Position numbers and translations under genes: made by a program
In this document: piece after piece, positions 20,223-27,907 of the stretch
How positions within the stretch are numbered: position 1 is the stretch's first letter
Layout: the number at the start of each line of letters is the position of its first letter
The notes under the pieces: model-generated
What the model saw: only the letters and a program-made list of their open reading frames with translations
Told to the model about the DNA's origin: nothing
Database searches by the model: none
Source of the DNA: Gammaproteobacteria bacterium
GTDB taxonomy: Bacteria; Pseudomonadota; Gammaproteobacteria; Pseudomonadales; Azotimanducaceae
Direction of reading: 5' to 3'
DNA: 64,000 bases
NCBI GenBank assembly: GCA_030425195.1
Contig: JAUIAV010000025.1
Location: forward strand, 2,877-66,876

Positions 20223-20893
20223 GAGCGCTTATTACCGAAGGTGTCCTCGAACACCAGGGACTTCGTGGACCGGCGGCGGATGGGGCCATGGCCTCTGCCA
20301 ACCGGATAGCCGAGCGGGATGGCAGCCGCGGTGCCCCAGGGTTCGGGGATCTCCAGCAGTTCTCTCACTTCGGGCTCGCAGATGCACAGCAGGGTGGTGA
20401 GCACACAACCGAGGCCTTCGGCGCGGGCGGCCAGCAGGAGATTCTGAACGGCGGTGTAGACGGAGCCGCCGCCCACGACCGAGACCCGGTCCAGTCTGAT
20501 GTCCGTGATGGCCATCATCTTCGGGTTGAAGCAGAAGATGGCGATGGCGGGGGCCTCATGAAAGTGCTCGGCCAGATAGTTGCCGGCGTTGAGGTTGCGC
20601 TGTTCCTGAGCCTTATCCGCCTCCGGCAGTCCCTCCACATTGGCCTGGTAGCCTTTGGCGAAGACGGCCCACTGCTCTGCGTAGAGCTCACCCAGGCGGG
20701 CTTTCTTCGCCGGATCCCGGACCAGGACGATGCGCCAGGGTTGAGCGTTTCCGCCGGTGGGTGCCCAGGCCGCTGCCTGCAGTACCCGATCGAGCACATC
20801 CTCGGGAATCGGGTCCGACTTCAGCCGGCGAACAGCCCGGAGAGTGCTCATGGCTTCACTCAGGCTCATGTCGGTGGTCTTCGGCTCGGGCAT
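20219..20893 (-). CDS. Nitroreductase family protein
   Basis: RAVRRLKSDPIPEDVL..AAAWAPTGGNAQPW motif, about 224 aa. Confidence 0.85.
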   Translation of the reverse strand: MPEPKTTDMSLSEAMSTLRAVRRLKSDPIPEDVLDRVLQAAAWAPTGGNAQPWRIVLVRDPAKKARLGELYAEQWAVFAKGYQANVEGLPEADKAQEQRNLNAGNYLAEHFHEAPAIAIFCFNPKMMAITDIRLDRVSVVGGGSVYTAVQNLLLAARAEGLGCVLTTLLCICEPEVRELLEIPEPWGTAAAIPLGYPVGRGHGPIRRRSTKSLVFEDTFGNKRS

Positions 20894-20894
20894 G

Positions 20895-21692
20895 TCAGAC
20901 TCCTTTGAACTCGGGTTTCCGTTTTTCTTTCAGCGCCGACAGTGCTTCGGCATGGTCTGCAGATCTGAACGTGACGATCTCGAGTGCGGTGGCATGGTCG
21001 AACGCCAGGTTCAGATTGTTCTTCACCAGCTTGTTTACCGCTGCCTTGGTGTACTGGATGGCCAGCGGCGCACCGGCGGCCAGACGCCGGGCAAATGCGA
21101 GCGCTTCCTCCGCCAGGGCTTCGTTCTCGGCCACGAAATTCACCAGCCCGATCCGATGGGCTTCCTCTGCCGTGACCGGATCGCCGGTGAGCAGATACTG
21201 CTTGGCCAGCGCCGGTCCCGCTGCCATGGGCCATATCACCGTGCCGCCGTCGCCGGCGACGATGCCGACCCGCACGTGCGGATCCAGAATCACCGCGCTT
21301 CGGGCCATGAATATGGTGTCACAGAGGAGTGCGATGGAGGCGCCGAGTCCGGCGGCCGCACCGTTCAGGGCGCAGACGATGGGCAGCTCCACGTCCAGCA
21401 TGTCCCAGATGAGCTGCTTCGCATCACGGCGGAGGTGCTCGAGCGTCTTCGGATCCTGGAGGGTGGGAAACCAGTCGAAATCCCCGCCTGCGCTGAAGGC
21501 GCGGCCGGATCCGGTGAGCAGCACGGCCCGGGCGCCATCTTCCTGCTTCAGCTCCCGGAAGAGGCGGGTGAACTCCTCGTGCAGAACGCCGTCCACGGCG
21601 TTCATGTCGCTGTCCGGGTGATCGATGGTGATCTTCAGCACCGCACCGTCCAGGTACTCGAAGCGGAGCGTGCGGTAGTCGTCGTTGTTCAT
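20895..21692 (-). CDS. Enoyl-CoA hydratase/isomerase (crotonase)
   Basis: Crotonase fold: AFSAGGDF, ALNGAAAGLGASIAL, GDP.TAEEA.RIGLVN. Confidence 0.9.
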   Translation of the reverse strand: MNNDDYRTLRFEYLDGAVLKITIDHPDSDMNAVDGVLHEEFTRLFRELKQEDGARAVLLTGSGRAFSAGGDFDWFPTLQDPKTLEHLRRDAKQLIWDMLDVELPIVCALNGAAAGLGASIALLCDTIFMARSAVILDPHVRVGIVAGDGGTVIWPMAAGPALAKQYLLTGDPVTAEEAHRIGLVNFVAENEALAEEALAFARRLAAGAPLAIQYTKAAVNKLVKNNLNLAFDHATALEIVTFRSADHAEALSALKEKRKPEFKGV

Positions 21693-21736
21693 GGCTGACT
21701 GTCCCCCCTGGCTGGCACTTGGACCGCGACCTGGAT

Positions 21737-22930
21737 CTAGAAGAGTTCTTCCTGCTTCAGGGATCTGAGCTGGTCACTCGAGTAGATCTTGCGGATGAAG
21801 CGGGGGTTCTTCGATGACATCTCGATCTGGTACAGGCCTTCGTCCGGCTGATGTGGCAGGTTGAGAATCCCGCAGAGATTTCTGGCCAGCCACTTCTCGA
21901 TCTTGAGGACCACCATCTTTTTTCTGAGCCGGCCCTGCTCATCCCGGTTCTGGATGGTGGGCAGGGTATTCAGGGTGAGAATCTCGTCGATGGCCGTGCT
22001 CGCCATCTTTTCCCGGCCCTCGTCGCTGGCGTAGAAGTGGCTGACCGCGAACACCATGCGTCCGGGATGGATGGCTTTCAGAAACTGGCAGGATTTCACC
22101 ACCGTGGAGCCCGTGCGGACCATGTCGTCGAACAGCACCACGTCGTGGCCGTCGATCTCTTCGAAGGTGGATTCGCTTTCGTCGTGCAGCTTGATCTGCA
22201 CGTCCCGTTCGCCGGAGCGTTCCTTGTCGAGCAGGATGAACTTGGCCCTGGGGAGACCGAGCTGACGGAACATCTCCTTCACGAAATCCCGTGCGCCCTT
22301 GTCCGGCGCGCACAGCGCCAGGCCTTCGCCTTCCGCCCCGTAGTTCACCAGATTCGAGTGGCGCAGGTAGTCCACGTAGATCTCGTACGGGATGAGATTG
22401 TAGAACTGGCCGCCGAAGACCTGGCCGAACATGGTCTGCACGGAGTGTGAGTGATTGTGCACGGTCAGCACGCTGTCCACACCGGCGAGCTTGAGCATTT
22501 CCGCGTACAGCTTGGCCGTGTACGGCTGGCCGTCGAACTTCTTCATGTCCTCCGCGGTGCGCTCGAACTGGGTTTCGCCGAGTTCCGGTCTGGGTCCCCG
22601 GTCCTGGGCACTGTAGAAGAGGTCGGGTTCCACCAGCATCACGTGGGCGGCGCCGTTCTCCTTGGCGGCCCTCGCAATCAGCAGGTTGCGCATGGCGAGA
22701 TTCTGTCGGCTCACCACCCGGCTGGAGGTGCTGACGATGATCACGCGCATGCCTGTGAGCTTGGTGCCGATACGGCTGAAATCCTCCTCGTCGGAGATGA
22801 AGCGGGGGCAGAACTCGGAGTTCGCGAACGTCTTCATGCTGATGAGGTCGGCGATGTCTTCTGTCTGGCCGACAGAGAAAGCCACATCGATGGCGAACGG
22901 ATCGTCTGACGAATTGCCGACGACGATCAC
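21737..22930 (-). CDS. Divergent ribose-phosphate pyrophosphokinase-like (Prs/PRTase family) protein
   Basis: Two-domain Prs-like layout: a Prs N-domain-like region (IIVSTSS..NLAMRNLLIARAAKENGAAHVMLVEPDLFYSAQDRG), HNHSHSVQ in place of [15 protein letters not shown] in place of DKRRPRA, and a type-I PRTase loop VVLFDDMVRTGST. The start is uncertain: GTG 22930, GTG 22954 or ATG 23107. The last would overlap the divergent neighbour's start. Confidence 0.7.
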   Translation of the reverse strand: MIVVGNSSDDPFAIDVAFSVGQTEDIADLISMKTFANSEFCPRFISDEEDFSRIGTKLTGMRVIIVSTSSRVVSRQNLAMRNLLIARAAKENGAAHVMLVEPDLFYSAQDRGPRPELGETQFERTAEDMKKFDGQPYTAKLYAEMLKLAGVDSVLTVHNHSHSVQTMFGQVFGGQFYNLIPYEIYVDYLRHSNLVNYGAEGEGLALCAPDKGARDFVKEMFRQLGLPRAKFILLDKERSGERDVQIKLHDESESTFEEIDGHDVVLFDDMVRTGSTVVKSCQFLKAIHPGRMVFAVSHFYASDEGREKMASTAIDEILTLNTLPTIQNRDEQGRLRKKMVVLKIEKWLARNLCGILNLPHQPDEGLYQIEMSSKNPRFIRKIYSSDQLRSLKQEELF

Positions 22931-23097
22931 GTCGGACGGTTTGCTGTTTCCCACAGAAGTCTCATTAGTGGCGGGTGGTCCCGCTCTGGGGCTAATCCTA
23001 TTACTAAAGGGCTCCGTACTGAAGGGTTGCGGACCCGGATGGTCAGAAACCGGACCCGTGGGTAAGCTGAGCGCCGGATCAGACTCGGGGATCGGGT

Positions 23098-23685
23098 ATG
23101 GAGGCATTTCTTGCTCTGTTCGGAGTGGTCGCGCTCGCCTTCGCCTCCACCAATCTGGACAATCTGCTGCTCCTGGTGGGCTGGCAGCTCGGCGGTACCC
23201 TGTCCAGCGGACGCCTGTTCGCGGCGTATGCGCTGGGGATGCTGGGCGTGCTCGCCATCGCCGTGCTCGTCGGTCTGGTGGGCTATCTGTTTCCGCTCGG
23301 ATATCTCGGCTATCTGGGCGTCATTCCCATCCTGCTCGGGCTGCGTCTGATGATCGGGAACCTCCGGCGCGGCGTGGACGTTCCGCCGGCAGCGGTTGCC
23401 ACCACCGGGGGTGTGCTGGCCGTTGCTTCCACCCAGTTGTCGAACGGCATCGACACAGTCCTCGTTTTCTCCCCGCTGCTGGCGGACTCCCAGCTGATCT
23501 TCGATGCCGAGATCGCGGGTCTGTTCATCATTCTGTTCTGTCTCTGGTTCATGCTGGCGCGTGTTTTGAGCGGTCACGCAGGCCGGCTGCCCCTCATCCA
23601 GCGGATCAGCCACTGGCTGGCACCGCTGGTGATGATCGGCGTCGGTTTCTACATACTCGGCAATACGGCAACCGACGTGGTATGA
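23098..23685 (+). CDS. Small multi-pass membrane protein, CadD-like transporter family (tentative)
   Basis: 195 aa with about 5-6 TM segments. N-terminus FASTNLDNLLLLVGW resembles the CadD / cadmium-resistance transporter family. Confidence 0.5.
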   Translation: MEAFLALFGVVALAFASTNLDNLLLLVGWQLGGTLSSGRLFAAYALGMLGVLAIAVLVGLVGYLFPLGYLGYLGVIPILLGLRLMIGNLRRGVDVPPAAVATTGGVLAVASTQLSNGIDTVLVFSPLLADSQLIFDAEIAGLFIILFCLWFMLARVLSGHAGRLPLIQRISHWLAPLVMIGVGFYILGNTATDVV

Positions 23686-23721
23686 GATGGCGGCGCTGCC
23701 GGTGGCAGGAGGAAGCAGGTG

Positions 23722-24303
23722 ATGAAGGTTTACGGCGATCGCATTTCAGGCAACTGCCTGAAGGTTCAGTACACGGCGGACTATCTCGGTCTCGAATACG
23801 AATGGGTCGATACGGACATTCTGGCGGGAGAGTCCAGAACGCCCGGGTATCTGTCTCTCAATCCCGCCGGCCAGGTTCCCCTGCTGGTCCTCGACGACGG
23901 GCGGCCGCTTGCTCAGTCGAACGCCATCATCACCCATCTGGCCCGGGACAGCGTGCTGCTGCCGTCCGATCCCTATGACCGGGCCAAGGTGGATGAGTGG
24001 CTGTTCTGGGAACAGTACAGTCACGAGCCTTATGTTGCCGTCTGCCGCTTTGTCATGCTCTATCAGAAGAAGCCGGCGTCCGAGCGGGAGCCCTGGCGGG
24101 TGGAGCGTGGAGAGGGTGCTCTGGACCTCATGGAGCAGGCATTGAAAGGCCGTGACTGGTTCTCCGGCACACACCTCAGTGTGGCGGACATCGCTCTGCT
24201 GGCCTATACCCGGCTGGCCCACGAGGGCGGCTTCGATCTCGACACCAGACCGACGGTGCGTGGCTGGATAGCGCGCTCGGAAGACGCGCTGGGTATCGGC
24301 TAG
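23722..24303 (+). CDS. Glutathione S-transferase
   Basis: MKVYGDRISGNCLKV, NPAGQVPLLVLDDG..LAQSNAI, and a C-terminal GST helical domain. AGGAGGAAG RBS before the ATG at 23722. Confidence 0.9.
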   Translation: MKVYGDRISGNCLKVQYTADYLGLEYEWVDTDILAGESRTPGYLSLNPAGQVPLLVLDDGRPLAQSNAIITHLARDSVLLPSDPYDRAKVDEWLFWEQYSHEPYVAVCRFVMLYQKKPASEREPWRVERGEGALDLMEQALKGRDWFSGTHLSVADIALLAYTRLAHEGGFDLDTRPTVRGWIARSEDALGIG

Positions 24304-24872
24304 TCGCGCTCCACCTCTTCCCGGAAAGCCGCTTCCTCACGGGCGAAGGCTTCCGGATCACTGCAGTGTTCGAGGACGGCGTTCCGGGCGGCGCTGATGG
24401 CGCTGGTGCGGCTTTCGGCGTCCAGGTAGTCCCGGTCACCGCGATAGCTGTCGCCCCGCCAGGCGGTGCGGTAGCCTCCGGCTCCGTCCCTGTAGACGGG
24501 TAGCGCGGAATGCAGAACGGTCAGGCGGCGGCGTGCTTCCGCGCAGGGACCGATGTGCTCGATCGGCAGGATCTGCTGATCCTGATCATGGAAAGGATCG
24601 GATTCCCGGCTGCCGTCCGCGCTGACCAGCAGCGGTGCATCGTCATCCTCTTCGGGGGTCAGTGGAATGAGCTCCGACGGTACGCCGACGGGCTCGAAAT
24701 CCGTGTACTGGATCCGGCCTCCTGCATCGATCCAGCGATAGTAGGCGCGCGCGGGCCCCTCGGGCATCTCCGACCCGCTGAGCACGGGCGTCTCTCCGGC
24801 CGCGGCGTGAATCTGTCCGGCAAAGGCGAGCAGTGCGGTCGCCACCAGGGTGATTGCAGTTTTCATCATCAA
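24300..24872 (-). CDS. DUF4124 domain-containing secreted protein
   Basis: Signal peptide and a YRWIDAGGRIQYTDFEP motif typical of DUF4124. Confidence 0.7.
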   Translation of the reverse strand: MMMKTAITLVATALLAFAGQIHAAAGETPVLSGSEMPEGPARAYYRWIDAGGRIQYTDFEPVGVPSELIPLTPEEDDDAPLLVSADGSRESDPFHDQDQQILPIEHIGPCAEARRRLTVLHSALPVYRDGAGGYRTAWRGDSYRGDRDYLDAESRTSAISAARNAVLEHCSDPEAFAREEAAFREEVERD

Positions 24873-25066
24873 GTCAGTTAGCCCGATTCCTGCGGCAAAG
24901 GATAGCGGGGCCGTTTCAGAGAATCGTACGGATTTCGTGTGGAAATCGTGCCTCGCCCCCTGCCTCGCCGCCGGGCGACCGCTGGGGGTGAGTGGCTACT
25001 ATCGATGGATTTGCGGCCATCGGGAATTACGGTAAGTTGGCGCTCGTCATTCAGGGGAGACATGCC

Positions 25067-27040
25067 GTGCGGAACTCGAGGTGGCCGAGCTGGAATCCTG
25101 CCCTTCGTGCAATCCTGCTGATCGGTGCGCTCTCTACAGCCGGAACCGCCGCGTCCAGCGAGGCAGGCGGCGACGGGGAAACGGGGGTATCGGTGCCGGT
25201 GGCGCCCGCCACCGGCACGGTTCCGGATCTGGCGCATTTCCAGGCCTATCTGGATGGTGTCATGGCGGCTCAGTTCAGGGACTATGCGCTGGCGGGCATG
25301 ACGTTCGCGCTCGTTCGGGACGGCCGGCTCGCACTCTCACGGGGTTATGGGGTTTCCAGCCTGGAAACGGGTGAGCCCGTGGATCCGGCCTTGACGCTGT
25401 TCCGGCCCGGGAGTGTCTCCAAGCTCTTCACCTGGACCGCGGTGATGCAGCTGGTCGAGCAGGGGAGACTGGATCTGAATGCCCCCATCGGTACCTACGT
25501 GGATCAGTTCGAGATCCCCGAAGCGTTCGGTGTGCCGATGACGCTCACCCACGTGATGACGCATGCGCCGGGTCTCGAAGATGGGGCTGCCGGATTCCTG
25601 TTCGCGGACGAAGCCGACGATCTGGTACCGCTGGCGGAGTCGCTGGCCGCCCATGTACCCAGCCAGATCTGGGAGCCGGGCACCTTCTCCGCCTACAACA
25701 ACTGGGCGACGGCCCTTGCCGGTCTGGTGGTGGCGAATGTGTCCGGCATGCGTTTCGAGGACTACGTATCCGCGCACATTTTCGCACCGCTCGGCATGTC
25801 CCAGGCGACCTTCGATGAGCCGCTCCCGGCGCATCTGGCATCCCACATGGCGCAGGGATACATCGCCGAGCAGGGTGGCATCGAGCCCATGGGATTCGAG
25901 TTCATCAGGAACTTCGGCCCGGCCGGCGCGCTGTCCGCCTCTGCGGAGGACATGGCCCGGTTCATCGTCGCTCAGGTCACCGGAGGCGGACGCGGAACCG
26001 CCCGGATTCTTTCCCCCGAGACGACCGACCTGATGCACAGCCGCCTGTTTGCCCACGATGAGTCCGTGGCCGGAATGGCCCACGGCTTTTATGAGATCTT
26101 CCGTAACAATGTTCGCTTCATCGGGCATGGGGGCGACACCATCGCCTTTCACTCGGAGCTGGTCATCCACCCGGAAACCGGTTTCGGGCTCTTCGTTTCC
26201 TTCAACACCCCGGAGGGTGCGCGGGCACGGACTGCCGTCGTGGATGCGGTTCTGGACTACTTCTATCCCGGAGACGGCGGCGCAGAGCCCGCATTTCCGC
26301 CCAACCCCCTCCCGGGCAGTGTCGGGCGCATTGAAGAGGTGGCCGGTGCCTACCGGCTGAACCGCCGCTCGTTCACCAGGCTCGAAGGCATCATCGGCCT
26401 GGCCGGCGATCTGATCGTGACGCCAGGACCCGAGGGGCAGATCGTGGTGCCGGGCGAAGGCGTCGGCGGGCGGTTCATCGAGGTGGCGCCGTATCGGTTC
26501 CGGCTGCAGGGTCGACAGGAAACGCTGGTATTTCAGACCGATGAGGACGGCGCCGTGCAGCGGGCGCTGATCGGGTCCCTGCCCATCATGGTCGCTGAGC
26601 GTCTTCCATTCTGGGAGACGGCGGCGAACCATCAGCTGGTGATTGCCCTGGCCCTGATCTCGGCACTGTTTCTGCTGATCAACGCGGTCAGAAACCGGAG
26701 CGCCGGAACGCTCTCGGGTCTCGTGCATGCGGGACGCTGGAGCCAGGTGCTGGCCGCCGTATGCCTTTTCGCGTTCATCGGCGCGTTTGCCCTGGTGTTT
26801 GCGGATGCGGACATGAACAAGGTGATCTTCGATTTTCCGCCACCGGGGACCGGGATCGTGCTCTTCTTCCCGGTGCTCCTCGCCCTGGCCACTGTACTGA
26901 GCCTGGCAGCCCTGCCGGCCGTCTGGCGTTCATCGGCCTGCAGTTTCTGGCAGCGCCTGCGCTACACCTGGGTGAGCGTGATTTTCATGCTGCTGGTGTT
27001 AGTGCTCGCTTACTGGAACCTGTTGGGCTGGCGTTACTGA
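25067..27040 (+). CDS. Serine hydrolase (beta-lactamase/PBP fold) with a C-terminal 4-TM domain
   Basis: SxxK nucleophile motif (GSVSKLFT) and a class-C-like fold. Four hydrophobic helices fill the last ~130 aa. The GTG at 25067 has a GGGGAGA RBS; the track ORF begins at 24992. Confidence 0.8.
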   Translation: MRNSRWPSWNPALRAILLIGALSTAGTAASSEAGGDGETGVSVPVAPATGTVPDLAHFQAYLDGVMAAQFRDYALAGMTFALVRDGRLALSRGYGVSSLETGEPVDPALTLFRPGSVSKLFTWTAVMQLVEQGRLDLNAPIGTYVDQFEIPEAFGVPMTLTHVMTHAPGLEDGAAGFLFADEADDLVPLAESLAAHVPSQIWEPGTFSAYNNWATALAGLVVANVSGMRFEDYVSAHIFAPLGMSQATFDEPLPAHLASHMAQGYIAEQGGIEPMGFEFIRNFGPAGALSASAEDMARFIVAQVTGGGRGTARILSPETTDLMHSRLFAHDESVAGMAHGFYEIFRNNVRFIGHGGDTIAFHSELVIHPETGFGLFVSFNTPEGARARTAVVDAVLDYFYPGDGGAEPAFPPNPLPGSVGRIEEVAGAYRLNRRSFTRLEGIIGLAGDLIVTPGPEGQIVVPGEGVGGRFIEVAPYRFRLQGRQETLVFQTDEDGAVQRALIGSLPIMVAERLPFWETAANHQLVIALALISALFLLINAVRNRSAGTLSGLVHAGRWSQVLAAVCLFAFIGAFALVFADADMNKVIFDFPPPGTGIVLFFPVLLALATVLSLAALPAVWRSSACSFWQRLRYTWVSVIFMLLVLVLAYWNLLGWRY

Positions 27041-27085
27041 AGTCGAATCCGGGGCTGGATCCGGGAGTCGGGGGTCCGGGATCGG

Positions 27086-27114
27086 TTGCAAATTCTGTCC
27101 ATTGGCCCTATATA
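27086..27114 (+). promoter_or_regulatory. Putative sigma70 promoter of the BI-1/YccA gene
   Basis: TTGCAA (27086-27091), a 17-nt spacer, then TATATA (27109-27114), 40 nt upstream of the ATG. Confidence 0.45.
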
Positions 27115-27153
27115 ACCCAGTAATTCACTTGGAATTAGAGGCAATCTGAAGCT

Positions 27154-27852
27154 ATGGCTGATCGTCCTGCGGTAGAGCAAGTTCAGGAGCGAATTCATCC
27201 GGCGCCGTCCGCTGCCCGACCGGGCGCGGGTGGTGCCGTCGAAATCAACAGAGTGCTGCGCAACACGTATCTGCTGCTCGGCATGACGCTCGCTTTCAGC
27301 GCAGCCATGGCCGCGTTCGCCATGGCCATCAATGCGCCCTATCTGGGTCTGTGGACGCTGCTCGGCTGGGCCGGCCTGCTGTTCCTGGTCTACAAGACGG
27401 CCAACAGTGCCTGGGGCATCGCTTCCGTGTTCGCGTTCACCGGCTTCCTCGGGTTCACCATCGGCCCGGTGATCAGCATGTTCATGGCCCTGCCGAACGG
27501 TGCCGGGATCGTGACCATGGCGCTCGGCAGCACGGCGGCCGCTTTCGTCGGTCTGTCCGCTGTGGCGCTGGTGACCAAGAAAGACTTCAGTTTCATGTCG
27601 AGCTTCCTCACGGTGGGCGTGCTGCTGGTGTTTGCGGTGGTGATGCTGAGCTGGTTCATGGATCTCAGCGCCTTCTACGGCGCCATCGGCGGTGCCGTGG
27701 TTCTGCTCATGAGCGGCATGATTCTCTGGCAGACCAGCGAGATCATCCACGGCGGTGAGACCAACTACATTCTGGCCACCACCTCTCTCTACATGTCGCT
27801 CTGGAACATGTTCCAGTGGCTGCTCATCCTGTTCGGCATGGGCGACGACTGA
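27154..27852 (+). CDS. yccA: Bax inhibitor-1 / YccA family membrane protein (FtsH modulator family)
   Basis: NRVLRNTYLLLGMTLAFSA followed by seven TM segments. C-terminal LYMSLWNMFQWLL typical of the BI-1 family. Confidence 0.85.
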   Translation: MADRPAVEQVQERIHPAPSAARPGAGGAVEINRVLRNTYLLLGMTLAFSAAMAAFAMAINAPYLGLWTLLGWAGLLFLVYKTANSAWGIASVFAFTGFLGFTIGPVISMFMALPNGAGIVTMALGSTAAAFVGLSAVALVTKKDFSFMSSFLTVGVLLVFAVVMLSWFMDLSAFYGAIGGAVVLLMSGMILWQTSEIIHGGETNYILATTSLYMSLWNMFQWLLILFGMGDD

Positions 27853-27878
27853 CGGATCCGGACGACCGGTTCGACCTG

Positions 27879-27907
27879 AAGCCCGCCTCCTGCGGGCTTT
27901 TTATTAT
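27879..27907 (+). terminator. Rho-independent terminator after yccA
   Basis: AAGCCCGC-ctcct-GCGGGCTT stem followed by TTTATTAT. The stop codon of the convergent cbbO/norD-like gene lies inside the T-tract. Confidence 0.75.

Noticed and set aside
22931-23097. A possible riboswitch or structured RNA upstream of the CadD-like transporter. The segment AAGGGTTGCGGACCCGG...CCGGACCCGTGGG vaguely recalled guanidine/ykkC-type elements.
   Set aside because: I could not find the conserved ykkC core strings (for example GGUCCGAGAG or AAAGCCCGGGAGA), nor any other riboswitch consensus I know, nor a convincing multi-stem fold. A covariance-model scan (Rfam/Infernal) would be the decisive test.
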